Below are positions 49,616-63,785 of a DNA stretch of 64,000 nucleotides, one piece after another. Where the stretch lies: positions 240,250,001-240,314,000 of the forward strand of contig OZ024741.1 of the NCBI GenBank assembly GCA_964016885.1, given 5' to 3'. This DNA comes from Eledone cirrhosa (taxonomy: Eukaryota). The notes under the pieces are model-generated. The model worked only from the letters and a program-made list of their open reading frames with translations, had not been told where the DNA came from and did not search any database. A program made the translations under genes and the position numbers. Position 1 is the first letter of the stretch. Every line of letters starts with the position of its first letter.

Positions 49616-52600
49616 TAACATACAATCCAGTAAAACCTGTTACATAGTTGGGTTATTGGTGACTAAACAATCAATCCTCCAAGTTAATGTAATGAGGAGG
49701 GTTACTAGAAATCCAGAAGGACAAAAAGCAAGACCTGCGAAAAGGTTGGATGAACCCAACAACTGTGTGCAGGAAGATAGAAATATTTGAGGTAGTGATT
49801 GAGTATGCTGTAAGACCAGTTTGAGAGTGAGTTGGGGGACACATAGTTTTTGTCAGAACATCTGACAGGAGAGTAGATAGGGCCCTTTAGCATTGTGGTT
49901 TGTTTAAAAGAAGGAAAACTCTGACTTCAAAACCTTGCTGTTTTGTGGTTCTATTTGTTTTGGAAGAACTAGTTAAAATATGCTAAAAAAACCCTGTTTT
50001 GTTTAGTCTAGCTATCTTATATTTTAGTATCATAGATTAGCAGAGGCATTAAAACTTTGTACAAATGCGTAGAAATATTTGCTTGGGTTGTTTGTTTTGA
50101 GTTTATATTCCATTAGGTCAACTTTATCTTTCATCCTTCCCAGGTCAATAAAATACCAGTCAGTTAGTGGGGGTCAATATAATTGATGTTCCTCTTCTCC
50201 CAAATTGGTGGCCTTTTGCCAATGTTTGAAAGAATTATTTTATAAAATGTGGATTGCATGCAGTATAAGCTTAATTTACTGTAAACAAACTTATGCATAG
50301 GTAACGTTTGGTAAATGCCATTCTCATGTGATTTCTACTTACATTAGGAATATTTTCAAATCTTTCAGCAGTAGAATGTTTTTTGGTGGTGTGTACATAA
50401 CCTTCTTAGAACATATCTTGACACTATTTCACTTGTTCATTTGGGACAGAAGCATAATTCTGTGGAGTACTGGGTGACCAAACATCCCCCTCCCTTTTAA
50501 GGGTAGTACTGTTTATATGTGTGAGAGGGGATTAAAAAGAAATATGCCAAACAATTGCACTGTTAGTATATCACGGCAGGTAGATTATCCATCAATTTGA
50601 AACAATAACGATAAGGGAAATAAAGCAGCAGCAACAGCTGCAGCTAAAAATGCAAATTTTCTAAATGATATTCTTCCTTCAGCATAAAAACAGCCTTCTG
50701 GAACATAATACTAATTGACAAGGGAAATAAACAAGTTCATCAAAGAACTGCACTCATCAGAAAGAGGCTACCTCTTTATGATATTGACAGTGAAGCTTGT
50801 TTTTCTGATGATGGTCAATTCACTAAAGGTCTTTATTGACATAGTTGTTTTAGGGAAAGGAAATCCTGCTGGTGAAAGTAAACATCATGGTGGTGGGTTT
50901 CACAATGAAAGTATCAATTACAAAAAACATTACACGAGCTTCCTTTTGGCGAATCAGAGCTTCTAATATCTCTCAATTTCTCATGAAAGCAATCATTGTG
51001 TAACTATAATATGCATATATATATATGCGGCTTCCACAAGCCCTACTCTAAAATCCATACACAGTTCTTTTACTTTGATCTTAAACAATTCATGAGCAGC
51101 ATATCAAAGAATTACAAGGTTATTCTTTCAAGTGATTTTGGTGCTTAGTGTTGGGCCTGATCATAATACCTAGAATAGCTTAGAACCATATGAAACTGGG
51201 AAACCAACTAGCTTTGGAAAGACCTAATCCTCATGCACACAGATAAACTCACACACACATGTAATTCATATACTCACACAAATACACACAGTCTTTGATC
51301 ATCCCGTTTATGAAATGATTATGTACTTACAGTGATCTAAACTTATGATGTATCGTATTTGCCCAGACAAAGACTAGGTCAACTGGTCAGAGAATAATTG
51401 GTTATTGAAACAAGATCAATGACCATAAATATATTAGTGGTTAGTATGGTTGTGGTCATGCATTTATTTGAATAGTAATAGTCAGTGAATGGAAGATGGT
51501 ATAGTGGTGGTGAGTGAATGACCTGTCGTTCATATAACGATTTCAACATTTCAATGAAAATAATAAAGATGAGAGGAATTAATGTAGTGTATAGAAATGA
51601 ATAGGCATAATTATGGTTAACAAGTTTGCTTTGCAACTATATAGTTTTGGGTTCAATCCCACTATACAGTGCTTTGAATGAGTGTCTGCTTATATAGCCT
51701 CAGGTTGACCAATACCTTGTGAATGGAATCCAGTAGATGGAACAGTCAAGTAGCCCATTATGTGGTAGTTGGTTGTGTGTCTGTGTGTGTGTATTTATAT
51801 TTATATATATATATATATATATATAAACATTGAAGCACTCAGAGAATTTGTGGTTCATAGAAAATGAAGGGAAACTTAGACACAGAAAAATAACTGTAGA
51901 TATAGTTGGTTGCTATAAATAGCAACTGCTGGCCACTTTTATCTGTTTAGATGGAGTCTTATATTAACCAACTTTATTTAGTTATATTTCTGTGCCTATG
52001 TTTTACTAGCAGTAGACTGGTATTTTATTTATTGGCTTCGAAAGGATAAAAGCAAAATCAATCTTGGTGAGGTTTGAACTAAGAGTGCAGTGAGCTGGAA
52101 CAAATACCAAAGCATTTCCAAGGCTGAATAATTTAATCTTAGATATACTAGCTCTAAAAGATGGTTGAGATGGTCACAGCTGGAACGTCTTTAGTCATAA
52201 TTCTACTGTGGGTAATCTTACAAATTTTTTTTTTTAATCTTCTTACAAAGTTGTTTTTTTTTTTTAGTATTTGAAATTATTAATATTAGTTTGTATTCTG
52301 TCACCAAATACTATATTCTGCTGTTTAGAATTGAGCTTGTGTAGCTTTATTTATAACACAGAGGTTTTATACTCTTGCACACAACACATGTAATTATAGA
52401 AAGGTCTTTATCACTTAAGGGTAATGTAACATAGGCTCTTTAGTGCTCAATCAGCTACCTGAAACAACTTATGGCTCCAAATAGTCAAATAGAATTGTGT
52501 GACAATTCCACACAAGAAAAGGCATTTGGCTCTCCTTCCGTGCTGATGTGTCATCACTTCCCCTCTCACTTCTAGTTTCATAACCTACTACACTGACATA

Positions 52601-52739
52601 TAACAAAGTTTCTATATTCCCATACTCAATATACATATAACATAGACTTTTTATACTCTTATACATGATGCATTAGCTACCTGTACTGCCAATCTACATT
52701 AACTCCAGAGGATGTATATCCTATAATTATCTTTCTAAT

Positions 52740-53425
52740 TCTACAATGTGTTCATAGGGCACTCAATGAATACACTGTAGCGAAGCTGGAGGATGTTGGC
52801 AGAGTGATGAACACTATGGAGGGGACGTAAGAGGATGTAGGAAAATTGAGGAATACTGTGTAGGGGCATAGGAGGACGTAGGCAAATTGGTGAACACTGT
52901 GTAGGAAACATTGGAGGATGTAGGAAAATTGATGAATGCTGTGAAGGGGACATGGGAGGAAAAAGGTAAAGTAATGAATGAGAATAGGGGACATTGGAGG
53001 ACAAAGGTAAAGTGATGAATGCTGTGACCACGTTGGAGGATGTAGGCCAAATAATAGATTTTTACTGCCTCATTGGGAGAGGAAAGTCATAACTCAACAC
53101 AATATGACATTTTACAGGTCATAGACCCCTTAATAATTCTTCTGTGATCATACTCGGGAAATTATGTTACTTAATGTGCTACACGAGGAAATGTAAAGAA
53201 TTAATGAACATTGTGTCTATGCTAAGAGTTGTTGGCCATATAATGAATCGTCTATGTTCATACTGAGGGCTGTAGGAATCTATTATAGCTGCACTGGGAG
53301 ATGCATGTCAATTAATGTGCATTTTATATCCATGCTAGATGTACGCCAATTAATGATTCCTCTGAGATCATGCTGATGTTATACTCTATGGTGAAGGGTA
53401 TAGGCCATTTAACAAACCCTCTACA
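52740..53425 (+). repeat. Old degenerate about 43-45 bp tandem repeats
   Basis: Recurring GGAGGATGTAGG.AAATTGATGAA..CTGTG. Confidence 0.75.
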
Positions 53426-53426
53426 G

Positions 53427-54465
53427 GCATGCTGAGGGACATTTGTCAATCAACAAACCTGTTATGGCCATGCTGAGTGAAGGACATTTGTCTATCAACA
53501 AACCCGTTATGGCCATGCTGAGTGAAGGACATTTGTCTATCAACAAACCCGTTATGGCCACGCTGAGTGAAGGACATTTGTCTATCAACAAACCCGTTAT
53601 GGCCACGCTGAGTGAAGGACATTTGTCTATCAACAAACCCGTTATGGCCACGCTGAGTGAAGGACATTTGTCTATCAACAAACCCGTTATGGCCACGCTG
53701 AGTGAAGGACATTTGTCTATCAACAAACCCGTTATGGCCATGCTGAGTGAAGGACATTTGTCTATCAACAAACCCGTTATGGCCATGCTGAGTGAAGGAC
53801 ATTTGTCTATCAACAAACCCGTTATGGCCACGCTGAGTGAAGGACATTTGTCTATCAACAAACCCGTTATGGCCACGCTGAGTGAAGGACATTTGTCTAT
53901 CAACAAACCCGTTATGGCCATGCTGAGTGAAGGACATTTGTCTATCAACAAACCCGTTATGGCCATGCTGAGTGAAGGACATTTGTCTATCAACAAACCC
54001 GTTATGGCCACGCTGAGTGAAGGACATTTGTCTATCAACAAACCCGTTATGGCCACGCTGAGTGAAGGACATTTGTCTATCAACAAACCCGTTATGGCCA
54101 TGCTGAGTGAAGGACATTTGTCTATCAACAAACCCGTTATGGCCATGCTGAGTGAAGGACATTTGTCTATCAACAAACCCGTTATGGCCATGCTGAGTGA
54201 AGGACATTTGTCTATCAACAAACCCGTTATGGCCATGCTGAGTGAAGGACATTTGTCTATCAACAAACCTGTTATGGCCATGCTGAGTGAAGGACATTTG
54301 TCTATCAACAAACCTGTTATGGCCATGCTGAGTGAAGGACATTTGTCTATCAACAAACCCGTTATGGCCATGCTGAGTGAAGGACATTTGTCTATCAACA
54401 AACCTGTTATGGCCATGCTGAGTGAAGGACATTTGTCTATCAACAAACCCGTTATGGCCATGCTA
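53427..54465. repeat. Homogeneous 45-bp minisatellite, about 23 copies
   Basis: Unit A(T/C)GCTGAGTGAAGGACATTTGTCTATCAACAAACC(C/T)GTTATGGCC. Confidence 0.98.
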
Positions 54466-55149
54466 GAAGATGTAAGTCACTTTATGAATGGTCATACAAA
54501 CTGATTTGGGCCATTTAATGTACCTTCTACGCCATGCTGTATAATGTACATCGTTTAAAAAACATCAATGATCACACCATTGGATGTATACAAACCAATG
54601 AATACTGTACAATGATGTCAGGAAAAATAAACCAATTAATGAGGACCCTAGTGCTAAGCTGAGTGATCTATGCCACTTAAGGACTCTCTAATGCACACTG
54701 TTTGTTTGCATATCACCGAATTATCCTTCTGAAGGTTATAATGAGGTCATAGACCACCCTTCTCATCTTGGACTACATTAGCATATCCTTGTTTTTAAAT
54801 GCTACAGTAGCATTTAAAGAAGGTTTGGCCTTTTTTAGCTGTTAGACCCACCCACAGCGCATATTTTCCATTATTAGCTCATGACTCCATTTGCAGATTT
54901 TCCCATGTTAGCTCATGACTCACCTTGCAAATTTTCCCTCTATTAGTTCATGTTGAATGCATGTGTTTTTTGTGTTGCAGAATGTAAGTGGATACCAACA
55001 TCTTTTTATTTACTTTTTAGCATTGTTTATGTGGACATTTTAGTTTCTTCTAAGTAGCAGATCAATTTTCAGCTGGGTACAATCCAATATCACCTTGTTT
55101 ATGATTTTAGCAACAATAAAAGAGATTCTTATTCTCCTGTAGTTTCCCT

Positions 55150-55520
55150 ATGTGCTTGGACAGAAAGTTGTGAAAAAGATTTTCAGATCAGAAAGGTGTT
55201 TGCTTGGTCAGCAAGTCACAAATTGAAGCAGGTATGGTCATCGCAGACGAGCAGAAGGTTTAAAGAAAGGCTTTCTATTGCAACAGCGGTGTCTGTTCTC
55301 TTGTATGGATAAGAAGTATAGGGCATAACAAAGCAACTGGAAAAGAGAATTGAGGGGTGCTAATCAAGAATGTTGTACATGATAATCTGTTTCATAGAAA
55401 CAGAAGCTCACCAGCAGAGAATTGTATTAGCAGCTTTCACTGAAGTAGCAGAAAAGACAAGACAGAAGAGAATGAAACTTGCAGGTCATTGCATTTGTCA
55501 ACACAAGGGGATAGCAAGAG
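55150..55520 (+). mobile_element. Degenerate RTE-like LINE 3' fragment
   Basis: K..RQKRMKLAGHCI-like translation near 55450-55500. Confidence 0.5.
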
Positions 55521-57323
55521 ATCATGACAATCGACATGGATAAACAGAAAATAAATTTAATATAACGGGAAAAAATGAAATTTCGTTTCTCACTCTTAGT
55601 ACGTATACCCTCCTTTCAATCGATTGAACGTTTGAAAGTATATACTTTCCTTATACATATTAACGGCTGAGCCGGCTACAGTGTTATACGGTGCTGATGA
55701 CAGTTAATAGGATAGAAACTAGTTCATCGTTCCTTTGTCAGTGTTGAACAAAAGGGCAATGATGGTTGCCGAACATTGTACGGCTTAATTCAGGCTGTTT
55801 GTTTACAAACAAACCGAACATTATAATAAATTTTCGATAAACCCATACGTACATATATATATGTGTGTATGTATGTATGTATGTATATACATACTACTGT
55901 ACGTCTGTATACATATATGTATGTACGTATACATACTTAAATTTAATATAACCTTTTCATGAAAGAGTAAAAAATAATTTTTAAAAGGAAACAACTCTTT
56001 TTATATAATCTAAGAGTTATTTCCCCTGGACTATTAACCTGTTTTAACGAGTGATTTCTGCACAAACCTTTGACGCTAATTTTACAATACTGTCAGTACT
56101 TATATATTTAAGATACATGCTACGAATATCTCCATCAGTTAACCAGTACTCGACTGACAAGCACATTTATTTTAGCAATGTTGAGAACATGCTGTGGTGA
56201 AGTTTTTGCTTTAACCCCTTTCAGCCTTCATCTGGTGGGCCTTGTGATTAAATATTTTTCAGTCATGAGCAACTCGTTGCTTATTCTGTTGATTAGAAAC
56301 AATTATAAATTTGATTTGTGTTCATTTTAAACTTGGTCCCACTCCTTGGTTTCCTTTTAGTTTATATAATTTATATATATTATGTCATCTTTTTTTCCAG
56401 GGTATAAGATGGCAGGAATGTTTTAAAGGTATTTTGGCTGCTAAGTCTTTCCTTGTTATATTGAAGTATATTTGGTTGTTGTTTACTCCCTTATCAGCCC
56501 TCATCAAACAACCCTATAATGACAGGCCCTCCAATCATGACCCTTCAGTCCTTTTGAACACCAGTCTTGTGTGTTTTTGAGGGAGATTTGGGTACTATTT
56601 CCAGCATGTTGACTGGTGATGTGGAGCTTTCCCTATTGAACACTGAGACCAGCTGACATGCATTAACAAAACTTTACATAGGGTAAAATATTGTTAGACA
56701 GCAAACTCTCTCTCACTTTCTCCCTTTCCCCTTTTCGCTCTCTTTCTCCCCCCTCTCTTTCCCCTTTTCTTTCTAACACAGGCTACATGATTATCCCTGT
56801 ATGACTGCAGTGGAAGGCAGGAAACTTGATTAGCACTGTATGACTCTTGCTGGGGGAAAATGCTACTTAAGGAATACTCTATGGTGCCAGCTATGAACAT
56901 GGGGGCTACTTAATAGTTCTTGTAAAGCTCCACCAGGGAATATAGACATCCTAATGAAGACTGTACAGCCACATTGATAGACATAAACCAATTCATGAAC
57001 CAGCTATAGATGTATGTAAGTTATTTAGCTCTTAACATCTTATAATGATTTAGGAGAAAATATCTAAAAACAAGTCTGTTAATTCAAATGTTTATAGTAT
57101 AGTGTCTTTACTAGTGAACAAATCATTGTGAAAATGTGCAGTATCGAAATAAAGACTTTAATTTGTAATGTGATACAGGCAATACTGTTTTGTAGCTTTC
57201 AAGAATATCTTGCTAATGTCGTTTCATGTGGTACAGGTCATTAAGAGTTAATAGCTATTCGACAGTCATACTGGTGGGTGTAGACCATTTAATGTACCAT
57301 CTATTATTATAAACATGCTGGAA

Positions 57324-59444
57324 GATGTTTCCCACCGATGGACAATTTTAAGTGCTGGGTGGTTGATAAGCAACTGAACAGAAAATGGTGGGCTATTGGA
57401 AATTTTGGTGGGCAATATAGGATTTTGAGTATTAAGAAGGTATTTCATCATATGCTATCTGAAAAAAATATTCTAAGGAGAACCATTGTACCCCCCCCCC
57501 CCCCCCCCCCCAAAAAAAAGAGAAAATATGAGGCTAAATGGGAATACCTGGATCACATTCCTAAATTAGATGTAAACATCCCTGCAAACAAGGAACATTT
57601 TGGTATTTTCTATAGTTTTGGAAAGGGTCATTAACATTCAAATAATTCTTCAGATGAAATAACTTTTTTTTTCAGAATATGAATGAGATAAGGGAAGATC
57701 AAGAACAACTTTGCCAGTAAAATTAAGGAGTGACCCAAGATAAACTCACTAACACCATCAGCACTGAGAGATCACACATAAAATTGACACAGGTGATGAT
57801 GTCTAAGAACTCTGATGACATGCTGCAGACAAAGGGGCGTGGATGACAATGCCAGACAAAATATGAAAATCCCAAGATGGGACATGTTCACAGCTCAATG
57901 CACATACTCATATAAACAGACAACTACTTTAAGTTGTTGCTTTACATTGATCACCAAGTCATTGCAATACTCTTGTGTTCTCTTATTTGTGGATTATTGA
58001 AAATGGGCTTCAAGTAACAATATAACTTGGTGAACGAAAATTTTGTTAACTATTATTTCTACTATTTTCTCTGTGTATTGTATGATTTTTAAAACACCAA
58101 TGTCACCATTTAAGAAAATTTGTCATCAATATAGCATTGTTTATTTATCATATCTGTTTATTGCTTCTCCTCAGAGCTGTCAATTACCTATGTGTCTTAT
58201 GTGCAACAAAACTTTAAGCAATGAAGCCACGAAGCCTTCACTCTTAAAGTATCATTTATATTCTAAGCATACTAGCGAGAAGGAAAAAACCTTTGTCATA
58301 TTTCTTAAGATTTAAGACCTCATTCGGAAAGTGGAAAATGTTGATCTCGAAATTTTAGAAAGCAACCATGCAGCAAGATAACAGAATGATTGCGTCGTAC
58401 ATTGCATTATGGGTCATAAACGTCAGTAAGTCCCCCAGTATAGGAGAAACATTACTTTGACCTCTTAGTGAAGAAGTTCTCTTGGCTGTAATGCATAAAA
58501 AAGCTGAGACAACTATGAAAACAATTCCACTTAGTAATACAATTTCTCAACGTAAAGCTGAAATGGCCATTGATGTCAAACATCAACTCATCCATAATCT
58601 CTGGAGTTATGAATTTTCTACACAAGTTGATGAACCAACAGTTGTGGGAAGTCAGTGTTTGATGATGATGCATGATTTTCTTTTAATGAAAATATTCAAC
58701 CTTGTGAGATATGTTCACTGACCAATGGTGGCTTGACTGAAAAGGTATGTCTATTTTAGATTTATTGAAACTATTTTTAATGAGCACAACATTGCATTGA
58801 ACAATATTGTTGCTTATGCATCTGATAGAGCACCTAGTATAGGTTTCTTTTCTCTTTAACTTTCACATTTTGTTTTAACAGTTCACTGTGTGGCTCAACA
58901 AAAAATATCAATGGCAGCTTAGTGATGTACTGCAGTTAGTTATTAAAACTGTGAACAAGCTAAAATCGAATTCCTTGTCTGAACGAATTTCCCATCAACT
59001 GTGCCTTGATAATGATGTTGACTATGTGAGGTTTTGTACCATGCTGAAGTAGATGGCTGTCAAAATGCAACTGTGTCTGTTTTATCAAACTGTTTGATAC
59101 AATAATATTTTTTTCAAATCACTCCACTATCCACTTTTCTGATTTGCTTCAAAATGTGATATTTTTCCTTAGTGACTTATCCACTAACCCTAACCATAAA
59201 ACTAAATTACATCCTTTATAATTAAATTTAATAAAATACAGTTTTAACTGCCCAAGTTTGCTGTCATTTCTTTCAGTCGTATGTCAGTGTTTTTTGTTAC
59301 CTCCCTTTGGTATTTTTTTTACTACATCATAAAAAGTAAGTTTATGAACCAATAACAAACTTTTACCAAACGGTTTCAGGTGGATGATGGAAAATTTTTC
59401 TATGTGAAAGTGGACGAGGACGCTAAAAAGGGTGGGAACACCTG
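57324..59444 (+). mobile_element. Fossil hAT (Charlie/Buster-like) DNA transposon; left end uncertain
   Basis: BED finger PMCLMCNKTLSNEATKPSLLKYHLYSKH; IPLSNTISQR; FSTQVDE; VHC; HAEV(R)WLS; right TIR GGGTGGGAACACCTG at 59430-59444; possible left TIR remnant ATGTTTCCCACC. Confidence 0.75.
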
Positions 59445-59617
59445 TTCTACGATCATATTGGTAGACATAATCCCTTTAATGTACTATCTATAAACATGTT
59501 GGAAGATGTAACTTATTTAATGAAGCCTCTACGGTTTTGTTTATGGATATAAACCACTGAATGACCCCTTTATGACCTTGCCAGGGAATATAAGCCACAT
59601 AACGAGTGTATAACAAT

Positions 59618-59885
59618 AAAGGATGAAAGGTAAAGTTTACCTCAGCAGGATTTCAACTCAGAATATAAAGGGCTGTTACTAAATGCAATAAAGCTTTTTG
59701 TCCTATGTTCTAACGACTTTGCCAGTACACGGCCTTGACAAGACACATAATTGTTTCTACATTTGGCACAAGGCCAGCAATTACCCAGTGCATTACTGGT
59801 ACTTTATTTTATCGACCCCGTAAGGATGCAAGGCAAAGTTAACCTCGGTGGGATTCGAACTCAGAATGGCAAGGGCTGTAACTCT
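59618..59885 (-). mobile_element. Two adjacent Nin-domain SINE pieces
   Basis: Same motifs as 19360-19826. Confidence 0.8.
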
Positions 59886-61045
59886 ATGCATCAAAGCAAC
59901 ACTGACTGATTTAGGACAGTTAATGAAACCTCTGTATTCATACCAAGGAGACAACTACAATGTCCACACCAATGCAGGACATTACTTACTAAACAATATA
60001 TGGTCAATTAGACAAAAGCCACTTAGTCAACACAATGTGTAGACTGGATTATGTAGGGCTGTTACTGAATAGCATGATACCGATGAGAAACAGTTAATTT
60101 CGTGTTGCATTTATAGACTTCATTTCATGGGTTCTTTTGCTACTAACTACTTCTGTACAGAGTTGTATACTTCCTAGGGTTGGTTAGGCTGAGGACTAGG
60201 GACCCTGCAGGGAATAGAGGCTCATTAGTTGTTTTTTTCTGCATGTGGTGGTGGGGAGATTGAATAGCCAGTGTTGGGGCCTAGTTATGGGTTAACGCAG
60301 CCTTACTCCTGTACATATATTATATCTGTACTGCTTCTCTGTCAATCCTTCTCAGAGATCACTGGGCATCTTATGTGAACCCATTCCTTTCACCTAGAAT
60401 ACTGCACTTTTTTCATATATCAAGTAAGGGCATTTCCTGTCAGTAACTGACAATACTGTTTATAGAGAAACTGAGAGAAAACAACTACCCAAATCTTCAG
60501 AAATCACCTCTCTTCATAGCATAGAACACTTTTTTTTTGCTAACACTGGTAGTTTTATCAGTTTTTTAATCTTTCAGAGAAATCTATTATATTTTATTCC
60601 AATCTAAAAACTACAGCTGTCATTTGTAATCAAGTATGATGTGGTAGTATGTATCATGTTTTTGCTAAAGGTTTTAGATGCCCATGCAGTCATAAGCAGA
60701 CAAAGACCCCCACTTGGCTCTCCTTCCTTTGATTCAACAGATTTAGGATACGTGAGGTGGAAGTTGTGAGGGTTGCACCAGTACAAAATATGAAAGGCAA
60801 AGTGAACTTTGGCAGGATTTGAACTTAGAGCTGGAACAAATACCCAATACTCTAACATCTCTGCCAAATCAATTGCCTTATTTTAATGTAATTTATGGTA
60901 TTTCAGATTTAAGTTTCCTTAAATATCACTCACTGTTGTTCTAGTGTCTCCTTATTGTATTTATTTACTTTGTCATAACATTTATTACATTTGTAATTTT
61001 CTCCATACCATCACTATTACTGTGACCACTTCTCACTGTCACCAG

Positions 61046-61308
61046 CAGGGCCGGATTTAGATTTGATGAGGCAGGCCCTAAGCTATTTGAGATAATGGGG
61101 CCCTTTATATGTTATAAAAAATGTTATAAAAACTGCAAAACGTTCAATATTAAAGCAGAAAACTGTTTAAAACTATTGCATTATTTTAGTTCTTTTTTAT
61201 CTTATATTTTGGAAATGTACACACCGTTTTTTGCAATTTTTTCGGGGCCCCAAGAAAGTGGGGGCCCTAAGCTATAGCTTGTTTAGCTTATATGTAAATC
61301 CCACTCTG
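61046..61308. mobile_element. hAT-type MITE with 8-bp TSD
   Basis: TIRs CAGGGCCGGATTTA / TAAATCCCACTCTG; TSD GTCACCAG / GTCACCAT; internal GGGGCCC motifs. Confidence 0.85.
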
Positions 61309-61309
61309 G

Positions 61310-61525
61310 TCACCATCACAACCACCATTTACCTTCCTCATCCTTCTTTTCATCTTCTCTACTACTTCTCCTCTTTCTAATCAACATCACCATCAACAAC
61401 ATCACCATCATCACCATCACCATCAACATCATCATCATCAACATAATCACCATCCTCACCATCACCATCAACATCATCACCATCATCGCCATTAACATCA
61501 ATATCATCATCGACATCCTCATCAG
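61310..61525. repeat. Degenerate (CAT/CAC)n tract
   Basis: Low-complexity composition. Confidence 0.9.
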
Positions 61526-62199
61526 CAGATGATTTTGTATTGGTTTATTGTACCCTACAAAAAGTCCTTAAACCACTCTCTAGCATTCTGACTCAAAGAA
61601 CTTGGAATGGAAAGCAACCCTGTTAATTTCAATCGTGCGTGTTCCATCAGCCTGTTAATGAAATTGTGTAAGTGGCTGAGCATTCCACAGACATATGTAT
61701 CTTTAATGTTTCTAGTTAGGTTTCTGCAGCTGGATGCCTTTCTTAACACCAACCACATTTACAGTGTGTGCTGGGTGCTTTTTGACATGACACCTACACA
61801 ACCACTTTATAGTGTGGGCTGGATACGTTTTGCTCACAGTGTAAGGGTGGTGTGGGCAGGAGTAAGTGGGTGGGGGTATAATGGTTAGGAGGTGCCTACT
61901 AGGTCTATGTTTAAGTCTGTGTGCATGGGAAGAACTCAAACATACACCATGGCTATAGTAAATGACACCTGCCCAAGATGCCACATTGAAGGATTAAACC
62001 CAGGACCTAATGATTGTGAAGGGAACTTCTTACCCATTTTGCCATGATGTGTCCATATTCAAAGAAATTACCAGAGGGGAATCAAATCATCAAAACTCCT
62101 TTGTGGTTAAGTTATGTCCCACCGCATGGTAATTATTTCACTCAACTAATGAATTTGGATATGAGATTAACGCCACAACTTCCTCTTTTATGTTTATAC

Positions 62200-62500
62200 A
62201 AGTTATTGCTATTTCCATCATCATTCTCATCATTCTATTGCTATCCTCATCACCACATTACTCTTTTTCTATCACCATCTTAGTTATCATTGTCATTGCT
62301 CTTCATCTTTGTCATCATCATCATCTTTGTCATCATCATTACCATCCTTGACATTGTCACTGTCGTCATTATCATTGCTGTTGTTGTTGTCTTCATCGTT
62401 ATCATTATTGTTGTTACCATCATCATTATTGTCATTATCACTGTCGTCTTTATCATCATCATCATCGTTGTCATCATCTATGTCATCATTGCTATTGTTC
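62200..62500. repeat. Degenerate (CAT/TGT)n tract
   Basis: Low-complexity composition. Confidence 0.9.
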
Positions 62501-63377
62501 TCAAATATTAGTTTGTTTTTCTTCCAAAAAATGTTTACATTCATGTACACCATCAACTCACTTACATTTCTTTATAAGGAAACAGTTTCTTCTTCCTTCC
62601 TGTTCCTTCCCTTCACCCCTCCCCCTCTTTACATACTCCTCCTCCATTATTTACCTATGTCACCCTCTTTCTATGTACAGTTATGTCAGTATATGAGTAA
62701 TATTTGTTAGTGTCATGATTTTTTTTTTCTTCTTTTAGAATTCTAAATATATATATAAAATATCTTCGAAAACAAGAGAAACAAAAATAATAACAATGAT
62801 TTAAAAAAAAATAAGTTAAACAAGAACATTTTGAGGGGAGAATAGAAAAATAATTAACTATTTGACAAAAATACCTGTTTCTCTTCATAACAAAAATGTT
62901 GGAATAAAATATATTACAAAAAAAAAAAATGTAATAAAAACATAAGGGACAGCAAATAAGAGGAAGCCAGAATTTACTTAATTTAATACCAGGCAATTTT
63001 ATTATAATCTTTGAAAGGTTTCTCTACATGGGATCACTCTGCTCATTACTTTAAAGGGTTTCTTAAAATTGAATACTTTTGACATTATACTAATATTTTG
63101 TTTTTCTGTTGAGTTAAATTGCCAATTAGTTAACTGATAGATAGCACCTACATCTTTTATAACATCACAATAGCAACAAATAGAAGATTATCTTTATACA
63201 TGACAATAGCAACAACAACAAGAATATTGTGTTAAGTAAACAGCAATGTTAATGTCATTCATTGTACAATGGCAACAGAGATATGACTTTCAATTAAATG
63301 TGTTCTGCTTATGTTGAGATAAGAAACACAACACAAAACATTAGTTCTTGTTTTCATTTGAGGAACTTTAAGAATCG

Positions 63378-63700
63378 ACTAGATGGAAATATAATATACT
63401 TAAACTGGGTATTCTGGATTGGGAGAATCTAGTAATGTAATATACTTAAAGTGAGTATTCTGGAATAGAAGAATCTAGTAATATAATATACTTAAACTAG
63501 GTATTCTGGAATAGAAGAGTGTAGTAATGTAATATACTTAAAGTGAGAATTCTGGAATAGAAGAATCTAGTAATATAATATACTTAAACTAGGTATTCTG
63601 GAATAGAAGAGTGTAGTAATATAATATACTTAAAGGGAGTATTCTGGAATGGGAGAATCCAGTAATATAATATATTTAGAGTATTTTGGAATGGGAAAAT
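63378..63700. repeat. 46-bp minisatellite, about 7 copies, alternating A/B units
   Basis: TAGTAAT(A/G)TAATATACTTAAA-(CTAGG|GTGAG)-TATTCTGGAATAGAAGA. Confidence 0.92.
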
Positions 63701-63785
63701 CCCTCAGTAGTTTTCTTTAGAATATGATTAATCTGGGTTTATAATGATTTAGTAACCTTTCTGTGTGTGTGTACATATAGACATG

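Noticed and set aside
53427-54465. CRISPR-like regular array, or hammerhead from CTGAGTGA
   Set aside because: No unique spacers, no cas genes, eukaryotic context; no GAAA partner for a hammerhead core
53421-54504. Three long ORFs (328-353 aa) of 15-aa repeats
   Set aside because: Artefact of a 45-bp unit (multiple of 3) lacking stops; open on both strands, with no unique flanking coding sequence
62280-62710. Asp/Asn-, Ser- and Ile/Val-rich ORFs (also 40095-40528, 61316-61522, 36682-37048)
   Set aside because: Simple-repeat translations
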